A stretch of DNA of 64,000 bases from Octopus sinensis (GCF_006345805.1 NC_043005.1:99386001-99450000), one strand, 5' to 3'; counted from the stretch's first letter, positions 1-13,869 are shown. Made by a program: numbers and translations. Notes: generated by a model not told the origin, from the letters alone.

Positions 1-54
1 GTAGATTTATTACTTCCAGAGACAGAACAAATTTAGATAGGAGTATCGGTTGTT

Positions 55-235
55 TGGTTATGTGTGTGTGTGTGTGTTTAGCTGTTTCAATATCATACAT
101 CTTTTATGTATGTATGTGTTCATATGAAAGCTGGCATGTAAGTGATATGTATATGACTGTATATGTGCGTGTGTGTGTGTATATGTATGTATGTCTGATG
201 TTATATATATAATACATATATATATATATATATAG

Positions 236-295
<60 letters not shown>

Positions 296-333
296 CATAT
301 ATATACATACATATTATATATACACACACACAC

Positions 334-364
<31 letters not shown>

Positions 365-568
365 ATATATACATATATACATACATATTTATATATACAC
401 ACACATATATATCTATATATGTATAGATACGCATTAGATTTATGTATTTGGACATCTAATGCTTTATGTGTGTGTGTGTGTGTGTATATTTTTGTATATA
501 TATTATATATATACATCACACACACACAACACACACACACACACATATATACATACATAGATATTCAT

Positions 569-606
<38 letters not shown>

Positions 607-1130
607 CATAAAGCTGCTTTGTACATACAGATACATTTATGTGCATATATATATATATTTATATATATGTATATATATATGTATTATATATATATATATA
701 TATAAATATAAATCTGTATATTTATCTATATACAAATGTACATATGTATATATACATATGCTTTGTGTACATACAGGTACATTTATGTGTATACACACAC
801 ACATATATATATATATATATGTATATATAAGTTAGGGAAGTATTGGCATGTATTGTTAAATACACACAAAAGCTGATATATATTCGTATACACACTTTCA
901 TAGACATGTATAGGAGATAAATATGTCACTGCATGTATGATATGTGGAAGAAATTTAACCATGAATGTGTCTGTACACATACATTATATATACATATATA
1001 TGTATATACATACTTATACATATAATATACCTATGTACGTATGTGTATGTTTATATATATATATATACATGTGTGTGTGTGTTTGTGTGTCTGTTTGCAT
1101 GTGTGTGTGTTTGTGTGAAAATAGTCTCAT
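55..1130. repeat. Compound (TA)n/(CA)n/(TG)n microsatellite field
   Basis: Interleaved dinucleotide runs; source of the spurious YI/HT/CV ORFs. Confidence 0.95.
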
Positions 1131-1149
1131 TACCATATAAAACTATGGA

Positions 1150-1426
1150 CTTTTCTTACTCCATGTCCCCCCCTCTCTCTGTCTCCTCCTTCTCCTCCTC
1201 TTAAATATGCAAATATTCTGCCTCCATCTTAGTCTCTAACTTTTAAACTTCTTCCCCTCTGCCTCCTCCTCCTCCCCTTCAACCACATTTTTCTTGGCCA
1301 CCTCCTCTCACTGCTACCATTCTCCAATCTTTCACTAAGAACCCCTCTTACTTCTCTTCTTATTCTGCATTGAAATATCTTAGTTTCCTCCGCCTATTTC
1401 ATTCACACTCATAATACAACAAGCAC

Positions 1427-1496
<70 letters not shown>

Positions 1497-2155
1497 TATC
1501 TCTCTATGTATCCATCTTTCTGTCTATATGTGTATATGTGGGTGTGTGTATGGGAGAGTGTGAGAGTACGTGTGAATGTATGTGTGTGTGTATATGAGCA
1601 TATGTGTGAATGTTTGTATGCATGTGTGTTAATATATGTCTGTGTGTGTGTACATCTCTCTCTCTCTCTCTCTCCTGCTCTTTCTCTCCTCCCTCTCTCT
1701 TATGTGAATCTATATTTCTTCATACCTCCTCTCTCTATGTCTCTCTCTTTCACCTCCCACCAATACCGTTGCTACTTTCTATTATCAATTTCACAGTATT
1801 TCCCTAAAATATTTTTACTCTTTCTATTTCTTCTCTCTTTCTTTTTTCTCTCATATATACACATACAAACACAACCACACACACCCACCAATTTGTAGAT
1901 AGATAAATATACGGTTGTGTATACCTCAGTTCCTTCCTCTCACCTTTACCTTTTGCTTTCATTCTCTTTCACCTTCCTTCTATCTCTCCTCCCACTTTTT
2001 ACTCTCCATTTCTCTTTCTCTCCTTTCTTTCTCATTTCTCCTCCTCCAATCCCCCCTCCTCCCTTCTATCTGCCTTTCCGTTTTCCTCTCTCTCCCTTTC
2101 TACTCTGTTTTATCACCTGTCCACCTCTCACTAACTACCAATCACCATCATCACC

Positions 2156-2225
<70 letters not shown>

Positions 2226-2715
2226 CCAATAATATCAGAACCTTGTGTTACATGCTAATATGTTAATGTCCTGTATCTTTTAACTGGTAACATTGTCCAA
2301 GTGTCCAACTGCTATCATTTGAAGGTGGTGGGCATGGTGGAGTAGCTAGCTCTCCACCCCATCATATCACCACCACCGCTCATTTCTCTATTGCTTTCAC
2401 TCTTTCCTTTCCCTTCTTCTTCTTCTTCTTCTTCTTACTACTACCACTACTACTACTCAACCTCCTTCTCCTCATCCTCCTCATCTCTTACAATATTCTT
2501 GCAATGTTTCTCTTCATCTCTCTTCTTCATTTCTTATTTATTTATTTCTTTTTATTGTCCAACTATTTTTTCTTTCCACTCCTTTTTAACTTTTCTTCTT
2601 CTTTTTGCTTTTCCTCTTCTTCCTCCTCCCATTTCTCCTCCTCCTTCTTTCCCCATTTCTCCTCTTCCTCCCCTATTTTGCCTACCTATCCTCCCTCCTC
2701 TCCCTTCCTCCCAAT
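1150..2715. repeat. Pyrimidine-rich low-complexity tract with (CA)n (~1425-1495) and (CAC)n/(CAT)n (~2143-2228)
   Basis: Strong C/T skew on the + strand plus simple repeats. Confidence 0.9.
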
Positions 2716-2815
2716 NNNNNNNNNNNNNNNNNNNNNNNNNNNNNNNNNNNNNNNNNNNNNNNNNNNNNNNNNNNNNNNNNNNNNNNNNNNNNNNNNNNNN
2801 NNNNNNNNNNNNNNN
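2716..2815. other. Assembly gap (100 N)
   Basis: Run of exactly 100 N. Confidence 1.
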
Positions 2816-3210
2816 TCTGAGTTCAAATCCCACTGAGATTGACTTTGCCGTTCATCATTTCAAGGTTGATAAAAGAAGTACCAGTTGTGCACTGGGGTCA
2901 ATGTAATTGACATGCCCTCTCTTTGAAATTGCTGGCCTTGTGCCAAAATTTGAAACCATTATTATCATCATCATTACAAAGCAGTGAAAGGTGGTGAGCT
3001 GGTAGAATCGTTAGCATGCTGGAGGAAATGCTTAGTGGTATTTCACCCATTGCTACATTCTGAGTTCAAATTCTGCCGAGGTTGACGTTGTCTTTCATCC
3101 TTTCGGGGTTGATAAATTAAGTGTCAGTAAAAATGCTGGAGTCGACGTAAGGGACTTATCCCCTCTCCCAAAATGGCTGCCCTTGTGGCAAAATTTGAAA
3201 CTATTATTAC
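2816..3210 (+). mobile_element. Two adjacent SINE family A copies (tail type 2)
   Basis: B-box-like GAGTTCAAAT(T/C)C and shared core GACTTTGCCTTTCATCCTTTCGGGGT-GATAAA; tail ends in 'aaaatttgaaac(c/t)attatt'. Confidence 0.85.
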
Positions 3211-3529
3211 AGGGCAGTGAGCTGGCAGAATTGTTATTTTTCAATGAGTATCAGCAATATGCAAAACATCATTGATTTGATAAATTGATCTCCATTTGAA
3301 ATCCAAGTAAATTCATTATAATGTGAGAAATTATAATTGATGTTGCGACAAGGATGAAATTTTAGTCAACCAGGCTAAATATCAAACAATATTTAGGACT
3401 AATTCCATTCTGTTCTGAGTTCAAATCCTGCCGGTGCCAACTGTGTTCATATTGTTAGAGTTAAGAAAATAAGTTCCTACTAAGTTCATCCTGGACACAT
3501 CATCCTCATTTGACATCTTGAGAGCTCTT

Positions 3530-3660
3530 AAGCTGGGGAGCAGCACCAGGCTCCAGTCTGATTTGGCAGGGTTTCTACAGCTGGATGCCCTTCCTAATGC
3601 CAACCACCTGATGAGTGTACTGTATGCTTTTGTGTGGCACTCATCAAATAAGACCTCAAC
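3530..3660 (-). mobile_element. Family E retroposon fragment
   Basis: Contains 'ctacagctggatgcccttcctaatgccaaccac', shared with the other E copies. Confidence 0.8.
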
Positions 3661-3664
3661 CACA

Positions 3665-3850
3665 GAGGCATCTTCGTAATTGTAAATATGATTTAAACCA
3701 TTTATTTACTGAACCATAAATATTGTAATGGTGAAGTTTCTCTATAAATAAATTGTGATCAATAATATCAATCTTTCTGGAGATCAATAAAACTTCACCT
3801 GGAAACTGATCAGTCAAGAATATTTTCAGTGATGTTGATGAAAGTATGGC
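3665..3850 (-). pseudogene. Decayed CR1-group LINE RT fragment
   Basis: Minus frame reads IDIIDHNLFIEKLHHYNIYGSVNKWFKSYL, matching the DH.ILL.KL..YG..G...W..SYL RT motif. Confidence 0.6.
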
Positions 3851-4262
3851 AGGTTGAGAGGTGTCTACAGAAGTCAGACTAAGAAGAATAAAAACTAGAT
3901 GCTTCCTCCTCAAAGAATTCAATCAGGCAAGAATATACACTTCTCTGTAAGGACAGAACAGATACTAAAAGATAGTTTGTGTGCCCAAGAACAGAACCTA
4001 TTTTATAAACTAGAACATTTGCTAATTTCAGTATAGAATCTAGATTTTTCAGTTATGAGCAAGGTTTAAATATTTCCTGTGCAATAGTCAACAAGCCAGC
4101 CATATACTACTACTAGGTCTTGGATTATTTGACACCAGGCCATACTAGAAGCATAAGTCTTAAAGTTTTATTGACTATTCCAGTCTGTTGTGAGAGTTAA
4201 TAACTACGTTGATAAATGCCAATGCACACAACTCTGAAACCTTGAATCTCTCTGTTACTTCT

Positions 4263-4490
4263 TATTTCTTTACTACCCACAAGAGGCTAAACACAGATAG
4301 GACAAACAAGGACAGGCAAACGGATTAAGTCGATTATATCGACCCCAGTGCATAACTGGTACTTATTTAATCGACCCCGAAAAGATGAAAGGCAAAGTCG
4401 ACCTCGGCGGAATTTAAACTCAGCACGTAACGGCAGACGAAATACTGCTAAGCATTTCACCCGGTGTGCTAATGTTTCTGCCAGCTCGCG
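4263..4490 (-). mobile_element. SINE family A, full length (tail type 1), 9-bp TSD
   Basis: Reverse complement of the copy at 52524; flanking direct repeat gttacttct at 4254-4262 and 4491-4499. Confidence 0.9.
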
Positions 4491-4749
4491 GTTACTTCTG
4501 CTAAATGTGTATATATATATATATTAAATGTAAAGGAATTGGGATTTAAAATCTGAGCAGGTACCTTATGAGCACTCTGATACAATCCAGAGCTGGCTAA
4601 CCAAATCGAATGATAGGGAAGAGTCAAAGTCAATTAAGATGAACAATTGAACTGTACTACATTCGTTAGGTAAACCCTGAGCCTGCTTCACTGGATATTA
4701 TATATGTATACAAATATATACATGTATACACACATATATATATATATAT

Positions 4750-4782
<33 letters not shown>

Positions 4783-5504
4783 CATCTGTACATGCAAGGA
4801 AGAACTTAGTGAAATACATCTGCCATAATAAGATAAAGTAAAGTGTGATTCATCAAAAGTGAAGATGTCTTGTGGAGATAAGGACTAGAATATTGACATA
4901 CGATGGGTCAAGAATAAACAGTGGGGATCATCTGGGTTAGATTGCTGTGGGAGCACATAGGTCAGATTAACAAGGGATCATAGTCAACATTATCATCATC
5001 ATTAACAATATTGCCAAGAAGAACAACAATAACCGTTTTGAAGGGAGTGTTGGGGACTATGTTGTTTAATACATGTCCTCTTTACTCAGATGTGAATTAT
5101 GAGTTGGGAAAAATTTGGCTGCTATTTCTAGGATGCAGATGCTGGATGGACAGAAATAATTCAAATGATAAATAAAATTCAAAGGAATATTGTAACGGGG
5201 CTAAATTACTTTTATAATTTTCTTGTCCTTCTCTTTGAAGATTTGTGGAAGAAGTCCTTAGGTGGAACTTTTAATGGTCATTGCAGTGTCCTTTGGTATT
5301 TGGACTAACTGTACAGGTCCCCCATAGCATAACATAAAACAATCATTCAGTAGAAGTTTGGTAAAGTGTTTTGACAAGTCCCTCAACCCCTTGGGGGTTA
5401 TTGGAGTGCTGCAGCCATGCAGCGTGTCTTGCGTGAGAAATCCTAGTGGAGCCCATCCCTCTCCAGGCTAAACATCTCTGCAGATGTGTGGACTGGAGTA
5501 ACAT

Positions 5505-5755
5505 GAAATAAAATGTTTTGCTCAAGAACACAACAGATCACCCAGTACAGAGATTGAAACCACAACCTTACAGTCGTGAATCCAACACCTTAACCACTAA
5601 GCAACACACCTCTTCTCAATATTACAGCTCAGGGAATTGGAGCAAAGTGGAGTGTTTTTGCTCAAGAACACAATGCATCACCTGGTCCAAGAATTGAAAC
5701 CACAATCTTACAATCATGAGTCCAACACCCTATCCACTGAGCCACACACCTCCCC
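5505..5755 (-). mobile_element. Two tRNA-like SINE family D heads
   Basis: Two reverse-complement copies of the D head (TGGCTCAGTGG-like A box ... GTGTTCTTGAGCAA). Confidence 0.7.
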
Positions 5756-6552
5756 ATAAAGTGTTTTAGTGATTTTGAATTTGTTCATGTCTTTAATATG
5801 GGTGTCTGTTCTTTAGTTTACATTCTTTAACTGACTGATACCTAACACAGTATATGGCCTATAATAGCATGGAAAGTAAAACGGATCTGGTGGCACTTGA
5901 AACCAGATCTGTGAGATCTCCGTAACCAAATATTCTATTTCTATTATGAAATTTTCTATTATTTGTTCCAGCATCCTCCAAAAACCTTTGACCATAACTT
6001 CTTGATTGCTATTAATTTATACAAGGGTCGGTCACTTATCCTAATGTCTTATCCACCTCCTAAAGATGGAGACCCGTAACATTTTTACAACTGAAGTCTT
6101 GGGGGAGAAATCAGAACCTAGAATTCTGAATCAAGTAAAGAGTCATTGATTTAACAATGCTTCCATTGATAGAAATGGTGAGACAACAAAAAAGGAAAGA
6201 GACCTCGATGCTATGTAAATAGAGGAATTTATCTGTAAATATAATATGAATTGTCAAATATTATATTTACAGATATATATATATATATATATATATAATA
6301 TAATATATATATATATATATATTAATAATATAAGGGTAAATACATCCGTAACTAACCAAAGACTTTGTTTACATTATTTTTTCCTTCTGTTTTACATATG
6401 CGAGTTACATATATATGTTGTATGTGGAGGTATATTTGTAGAAAATAGAAATAAGCGGCCTTTGACTGCTATTTATAATTTTTCGGTATGTGGCTAAGCA
6501 ACCTGTTGTTTCCCCTTTTACTTATACATACATATACATACATACATACATA

Positions 6553-6617
<65 letters not shown>

Positions 6618-6642
6618 TATAATGTGTGTGTGTGTGTGTGTG

Positions 6643-6948
6643 TGGAGGCACAATGGCCTAGTGGTTAGAGCAGCGGACTCGCAGTTGGAGGATCGCGATT
6701 TCGATTCCCAGACCGGGCGTTGTGTGTGTTTATTGAGCAAAAACACCTAAAAGTTCCACGAAGCTCCGGCAGGGGGTGGTGATCCCTGCTGTACTCGTTC
6801 ACCACTCTTTCTCTCACTTTTTCTTCTGTTGGCCTGCTCGCTTAGCCAGCGGGGTGGCGTCGTTCGAAGGCTAAAACAATGCGAACGCATTGTGACCAGA
6901 GATGTGTAGCATCATCTGATGGTCTGGTCGGTTACGTGATCCCGTGAT
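6643..6948 (+). mobile_element. SINE family C (tRNA-derived)
   Basis: A box TGGCCTAGTGG and B-box-like TTTCGATTCC; body shared with copies at 36366 (-) and 42788. Confidence 0.9.
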
Positions 6949-6974
6949 ATATATATATATGTGTGTGTGTGTGT

Positions 6975-7160
6975 CATTCTGTCTGTCTTTGTCTCCGGTG
7001 TTGGTGTGTTTATGTCCTTGTAATTTATTGGTTTGGCAAAAAGAGAGCTATAGAATAAGTACCAGGCTTTAAAAAGAAATAGGTACAGGGTCTGATTTAT
7101 TCAACTAAAAAAACCCTTCAAGGTGGTGCTCCGGCATGGCTGCAGTCAAATGATTGAAAC
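6975..7160 (+). mobile_element. SINE family B, 3' half
   Basis: 'ggtggtgctccggcatggctgcagtcaaatgattgaaacaagtaaaaga' terminus. Confidence 0.8.
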
Positions 7161-7657
7161 AAGTAAAAGAGCAAAAGAATATATCTTCACATACATATAT
7201 ATGGCCATACTTAACCTTTTGGACATGTTAGACACAATATGGCTAAATAGTTAAGAAGTTTTAATTCCTATCATAAAGTCCCTGGGCTTGGTTCCATAAA
7301 GTGGCATCTCAGGGGAGGCAGACATTATTTACCATTTACTCAGGTCAACCAATTCACAGTGAATCCGATTGGGTAGTTGTGAGGAGCCAATCAGCATGCT
7401 TGTATTTATCACTGAAAGGGTCAGTTTAGTGTAATGTTGATCTACCTGAGAATTAATGAGGAATGTCTGTAGAGAGCTCAGCCATTTATATGCTAATTCA
7501 GTGAACTGTGAATTCAGTTGATTCAACAACAGAATGATCAACAACTGAGGAAGTTCCATTTACTTATACACAGAAACAAATATATTGGACATACAGACAT
7601 ATATATATATACACACACATAGTATGTAGATATACATTATATATCATATATAATATA

Positions 7658-7695
<38 letters not shown>

Positions 7696-7749
7696 TGTAG
7701 TATATACATTATATAATATATAATGCACACACACACGTCTCTGTTTGTG

Positions 7750-8153
7750 TGTGGCTGTGTAGTAGGAAGCGTCCGCCCAACCACATGGTTCTGGGTTCAG
7801 TCACACTGCATGGCACCATGGCCAAGTGTCTTCTACTATAGTCTCGGACCAGTCAAAGCCTTGTGATTGGATTCGGTAGATGGAAACTGAAAGAAGCCTG
7901 TCATATATATATTTATATGTATGTATATATGTATGTATTTGTGTGTCTATGTTTGTCCTCCCCCCCACACCATTGCATGACAACCAATGTTAGTGTGTTT
8001 ACATCCCCGTAACTCAGCAGTTCAGCAAAAGAGACTGATAGAATAAGTATTAAGCTTACAAAAAATTAGTCCTGGGGGCGATTTGCTCGACTAAAGGTGG
8101 TGCTCCAGCATGACCACAGTCAAATGACTGAAACAAGTAAAAGAATAAAAGAA
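7750..8153 (+). mobile_element. SINE family B with internal microsatellite
   Basis: tRNA-like head TGGCTGTGT..GGTTCAGTC, internal (TA)/(TG) tract, 3' AGTCAAATGACTGAAAC plus (AAAGART)n tail. Confidence 0.9.
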
Positions 8154-8277
8154 TATATATATATATACATGTATATAATTCTTATATACATACAGTATAT
8201 GCATGCATAAACGTATAGTACATGCACACAAAAATATATACTATAAACATGAAGTATATACACGCAAAAATATATAA

Positions 8278-8675
8278 TGCGTAGGAGTGGCTGTGTGGTA
8301 AGTAGCTTGGTTACCAACCACATAGTTCTGGGTTCAGTCCCACTGCATGGCACTTTGGGCAAGTGTCTTCTACAATAGCCTCGAGTCGACCAAAACCTTG
8401 TGAGTGGATTTGGTAGATGGAAACTGAAAGAAGCCTGTCCTATATATGTATATATATGTGTGTATGTGTATATGTTTGTGTGTCTGTGTTTGTCCCCCCA
8501 ACATCACCTGAGAACCAATGCTGATGTGTTTACGTCACCATAACTTAGCGGTTCGGCAAAAGAGACTGATAGAATAAGTACTAGGCTTACAAAGAATGAG
8601 TCCTGCTCGACTAAAGGCGGTGCTCCAGCATGGCCACAGTCAAATGACTGAAACAAGTAAAAGAGTAAAGGAGTA
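8278..8675 (+). mobile_element. SINE family B
   Basis: Same organisation as the 7750 copy; CCTTGGGCAAGT-like core motif. Confidence 0.9.
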
Positions 8676-8799
8676 ATGCATATGTACACAAAAGTAGTAC
8701 ATATGCATGAATATATAGTGTATATACACATATAGTACCAACACACTATAAGTAGTACATACACAGATATATCTATCTATCAGTCTGTCAATCTATCTA

Positions 8800-8971
8800 T
8801 CTGTGATACACGATCCCTATTGATCATATTTTCTTTCTTTTCTTTTACGATCCCTTTTGATCGAAAACCTAACCCCTTTTTTTTCTTCTTTTTTTCTCCC
8901 CCAAAAGATAAGCTCTACTTTGTAATTTGTCCCCTCTATGTTCAGCCCAGTGTGGCTAATAAAGAAACATA
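8800..8971 (+). mobile_element. 5'-truncated Tx1-clade LINE copy (3' UTR only) in (TCTA)n
   Basis: Colinear with 51475-51702 (acgatccctattgatc, acgatcccttttgatcg, aagctctac.ttgtaattt, gtggctaataaagaaacata); TCTA repeats on both sides. Confidence 0.85.
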
Positions 8972-8975
8972 TCTA

Positions 8976-9007
<32 letters not shown>

Positions 9008-9566
9008 TCTACATAAATGTATATGTGTACACATGCATATATGTAGGTACCAAAATGCATGTGTATAAATATAAATATAATGCTTATACATATAAATATA
9101 TGTATTACACACACATATCAATATATCTTTTATAGTCATAAATGTATAGAATACGTACATAAATGAATAGTTCATATACATATAATTTATACACACAAAT
9201 GGAGCTGCCCCAGCATGGCCACAGCTCGTGAGCTGAAACTAGATGAAATAAAAATAAAAAACAAATATTCATATATGTGCACACACACAAACATACATAT
9301 ACATACACACACACCTATTTATAGTATATACATGCATGTATATAAAGTATATACATAGATGTATATAGAATAAAACAAACAGATAGTACATGCACGAACA
9401 GAGTAAATATATAGTACATATAAATATGTATAACACGAACGTATGTAGTATATACTCATACATCTTTGAAGACATTTCCATCATCTCATTTTCTTCTACA
9501 CATACACATACATGCATATATATATATATCTATTATATAGATATATATATATATAGATATATATAC

Positions 9567-9621
<55 letters not shown>

Positions 9622-9623
9622 AC

Positions 9624-9663
<40 letters not shown>

Positions 9664-9676
9664 TATATATATATAA

Positions 9677-9905
9677 AAGCACCAACTGATCGTGGCCGAT
9701 GCCAGACCCTCTGGCACCTGTGCAGGTGGCACGTAAAAAGCACCCACTACACTCGCGGAGTGGTTGGCATTAGGAAGGGCATCCAGCTGTAGAAACACTG
9801 CCAGATCAGACTGGAGACTGGGGCAGCCCCTGGCTCCCCAGACCCCGGTCAAACCGTCCAACCCATGCTAGCGCGGAAAACGGACGTTAAACGATGATGA
9901 TGATG
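9677..9905 (+). mobile_element. Family E retroposon (tandem hairpin units, (GAT)n tail)
   Basis: GGCACGTAAAAAGCACC units, 'ggttggcattaggaagggcatccagctgtag', ends 'ggacgttaaacgatgatgatg'. Confidence 0.9.
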
Positions 9906-10290
9906 ATATACATATATATACATATATATATACACACATATATACATATATATACATATATATATGTATATACACACATATATACATATATATACATATA
10001 TATATATACACACATATATACATATATATATACACACATATATACATATATATATATACACACATATATACATATATATATATACACACACACACATATA
10101 TATATATATACATATATACACATATATACATATATATACATATATATATATATACATATATATATATACATATATATACATATACACACACATGTACATA
10201 TATATACATATACACACACATATACATATATATACATATACACACACATATATATATACATATACACATGCATGCATATAAACACATACA
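9906..10290. repeat. (TA)/(CA) compound microsatellite
   Basis: Simple repeat run. Confidence 0.95.
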
Positions 10291-10590
10291 TGCATGCATG
10301 TATAAGCACATGCACACAGGTGCATGCATTTTACTAATACACTTTTGCATTCTGTCCTTGTCTCCATCCATCTCTCCCACTGACTCTTGCACAAGCACAC
10401 ACACAAATACACACACACACTCTCTCTCTCCCTCTGAATAGACAGCCTCCACCGCACACACAACTAAACATACAACTATCTGTTTGTATTGCATGCGTTT
10501 ATGTACCCCCACTTCTATGTGTAAGTGTTTGCAAGATGTAGCTATATATGCATACATATACATATATATATATATTATATATATATATAT

Positions 10591-13500
10591 ATAGACACAA
10601 AAACAACAACAACAAAAGTGGAAACTACAACCCTATCCAACAGTGCAACCACACCTCCAGCCAAAAACTGCTCCCTAAGCAGGAAAATTCTTTTTTAGCC
10701 ATGTTGAACATGGCAAAAGAGATACACAAAAACATTCTAGCCATCACTCAACACCATCCTATGCTATTACCCAGTGCACCAATTCCCCACATTGCTGCCA
10801 CTAACACACACAAAATCCAAGCCCCTGAACAGTCAAAACCAGCCACTACACTAACCTCCACATTCCTACTCAATGCACAAGGTGTCAGCCCTTCCATCAA
10901 TGCACAAAAATGGAAGATCCAATTTATTGAAGACTGGGTTGGTAACCATTCACACCACATCCTTTCTTCATTCTCACTGAGACCCACCTTGACAACTCCC
11001 ACTTGGAAGCCGAAGTGAGAGTGAAGAATTCACAACCATCCGTGCGGATCGTATCGGCAGGAGGAAGGGTGGAACTGCCATTTTCCTGCATGATTCATTT
11101 ACGGCAGATGAAATAGTATATTCTCAACGGCTACTGTGAATCAGTCACCGTGCACAACAAAGCCAATGACCTGACAGTAATTGGGCTCTATAGGCCGCCC
11201 CAAACACCATACTGTGCTTAAAAATGCCTCAACAGCATTAAGTGCTTTATTCAACAGTGTCATTCTAGCAACATACTCATGATGGGAGACTTCAATCTAC
11301 CTGTGTTGACTGGACTACAAACTGTTTGAAACCAAGCACTCCCGCCTCAACCGCTGACAAAGAAGCAGCAGAGTCACTTTTCGACTTACGAATGAGTTTT
11401 TCTTGTCCCAACTTGTCCTTGCACCAACAAGACATCAGAACATTTGGACCTAGTGTTTAGTAACCACACTAACACTATACATAACGTTACAGTGGAAAAA
11501 ACCTTCTTTCAGACCATGACATGGTTCTCTGTAACATGAAATTCCACCAGCCGAAAGCTAATCATAGTGACCTTCCTCCAGCCACCCATTGACAACATGG
11601 ATCTCCATAAAGCCAACTGGGATGCAATCAGGAACGAGCTATCAAATGTTGACTGGTCCTTTACACATACACACATCTCCACCAACCAAAAACATCTGGC
11701 AGATCTTTGTAGACACCGTCACAGACATATGTGCAAAACACTCCCCACCAAGACCTGTGAACACAAAGGATGCAGAATCCCCCAAAACAGAAAAACCATT
11801 ATCAGAAAAATAAAAAGAACAAACAAAAAAATTAACAACTAAAGTACTGCAACAGCAACACCACACATTCGACGGCTATCGCACTGCTTGAATCCAAAAA
11901 TATAACCTCCAACAATGCATGAAGACCCTCATCAATACCAAAGATCAGCTGAGGAGAAGTGGGCCATTGAAAAAATAAAACTCAACCCCAAGTGTTCTTT
12001 TCATTTGCGAGGAAACGCGGTCACTGTCTCCACTGTAGGCCCTCTAATTGACGAAACTGCACTCTCCAAGATAATGCCAAATCCATGGCCGAGATACTGC
12101 AGAAACAATACTGCTCTGTTTTCAGCAATCCTGATATGGCCGATCTGGGCTGTATCAGTGATGTCAACCCCCAACACACTATATCGGACATAACATTTAG
12201 TGCCCCTGATGTCTTAGCGGCGATAAACGAAATAAAACACAATTCAGCAGTAGGCCCCGATAGGTTCCCTGCTTGTGTCCTGAGGTGTGTCGACACCACT
12301 TGCATCTCCCCTTGCTAATCTGTGGAGAAACTCACTGGATGCTGGCTATATTCCAAAAAATCTCCTGTCCCAGTCTGTTGTCCCAGTTTTCAAAAAGGGT
12401 AACAAGTCCCTTGCAGTGAATTACCGTCCGATCTCACTCACCTCTCATATCATCAAGGTATTTGAGAGGGTGGTGAGATCTCGAATAACCCAATTTCTGG
12501 AAAGCAACAGATGGCTGATCTCCAACCAACATGGGTTCCGTAATGGAACGGACTGCCTAACGCAGCTCCTGCATCACTTTGAGGACATTTTGAAAGCTTT
12601 GGGAGAGGGCTCCAACACCGATGTCATCTACCTTGATTTCAGTAAGGCCTTCGACAGGGTCGATCACAAGATCCTATTGAAAAAACTATCCAACATTGGT
12701 GTCTCTGGAAAGTTACTGAAATGGATTAAGTGTTTCCTGACAGACAGATCTCAACATGTTGTAGTTGAGGGGTAAAATCAAGCCAGCCAAAGTCAGTAGT
12801 GGCGTTCCGCAGGCACTGTGCTGGGCCCACTTCTTTTTTCATCATTTACATTAATGACATTAATGACATCATCAATCAAGCACAGCATAAAAATCTTTGC
12901 AGATGACTCCAAGCTACAGAAGGTCATAAATGAGGCGAGTGACCGGACATGCCTTCAGTCAGATCTACTGGCTGTTATCCATGGGCAGAAAAAAACAATA
13001 TGCTGCTGCTGAACGAGGATAAATTTGAGCTAATCCACTTTGGAAAAGAGGATGCCCTGAAACTCCATACTCCCTTCCTTCAGGTGAAACTCTCGTGGCG
13101 TCCAACAACATCAGAGACTTGGGAGTAATTGTGGACAACAACGTAAGCTGGGCACTCATATAAACACCAAAGTTGACATGGCCCGCAGAATGTGTTCCTG
13201 GATCTCAGAACTTTCCAGTCGAGAGATATCCACACCATTATCCTTCTCTTCTCCTCCACTTTGCCCGACCCCACCTTGAATACTGTTTGTCCACTGTGGT
13301 CTCCCCACACAATACAAGGTATCATAAAAGTTGAAGCACCACAAAAGGGCAATCACAAAAAAGATAGATGGCATGACAGGCCTCGACTATTGGGGGTCGA
13401 CTAGAAAAGCTAAAACTCTATTCTCTCCAACGTCGTCGTGAGCGCTACATCATCTGCATGATGTGGAAAATATTCCATCAGCATTGCCCAATGATGTTGG

Positions 13501-13869
13501 CATCACCTTTAAGGTAATCCAAGACTTGGGCCCGTGCCATCCGCGCCAAACCAAAAATCGCACTCTCATCTCATAACAACAATACGGCACAATTATTTCA
13601 CCTCAATTGGCCCTGCTCTCTTTAACATTACACCAAAACACATTAAACAGAAACTGACCCTATAGGGTTCAAGAAGTCTTTGACAGATTCCTTCAAGAAA
13701 TCCCGGATAAACCCCCTACACCCGGATATGTCTCTGTAACAATAACTCTCTACTTGAGTGGGCCATAGTGCCCAAATTCTGACTTGAAAGACTTCACCAG
13801 GTGGTGCTATTAAGTTAGACATGGCCTGGGCCAATAATGGCCGAAACCTATCAAGTATCAAAGTAAGTA
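10591..13869 (+). mobile_element. CR1-group LINE, 5'-truncated; ORF2 (APE endonuclease + RT) broken by frameshifts
   Basis: APE motifs (LLNAQG, GLYRPP, GDFNLP); RT motifs NYRPISLTSHIIKVFER, QHGFR, YLDFSKAFDRVDH, FADDSK; C-terminal LYSLQRRRERY; 3' stem-loop GGCC-aataat-GGCC-GAAAC and short aagt tail; (TA)n on both flanks. Confidence 0.95.

Noticed and set aside
58-1204. Many long ORFs rich in YI/HT/CV/MY (also at 9.9, 16.6, 22, 35, 37, 49 and 54 kb) or SIYL (38.8, 51.5, 57.8 kb)
   Set aside because: Translations of stop-free di- and tetranucleotide microsatellites; they overlap in several frames and show no protein motifs.
2716-2815. ORFs spanning the N run
   Set aside because: Artefacts of translating across an assembly gap.
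6643-6720. tRNA genes at SINE B/C/D heads
   Set aside because: A/B boxes are present, but I could not fold a full cloverleaf with acceptor stem, and each continues into a shared SINE body.
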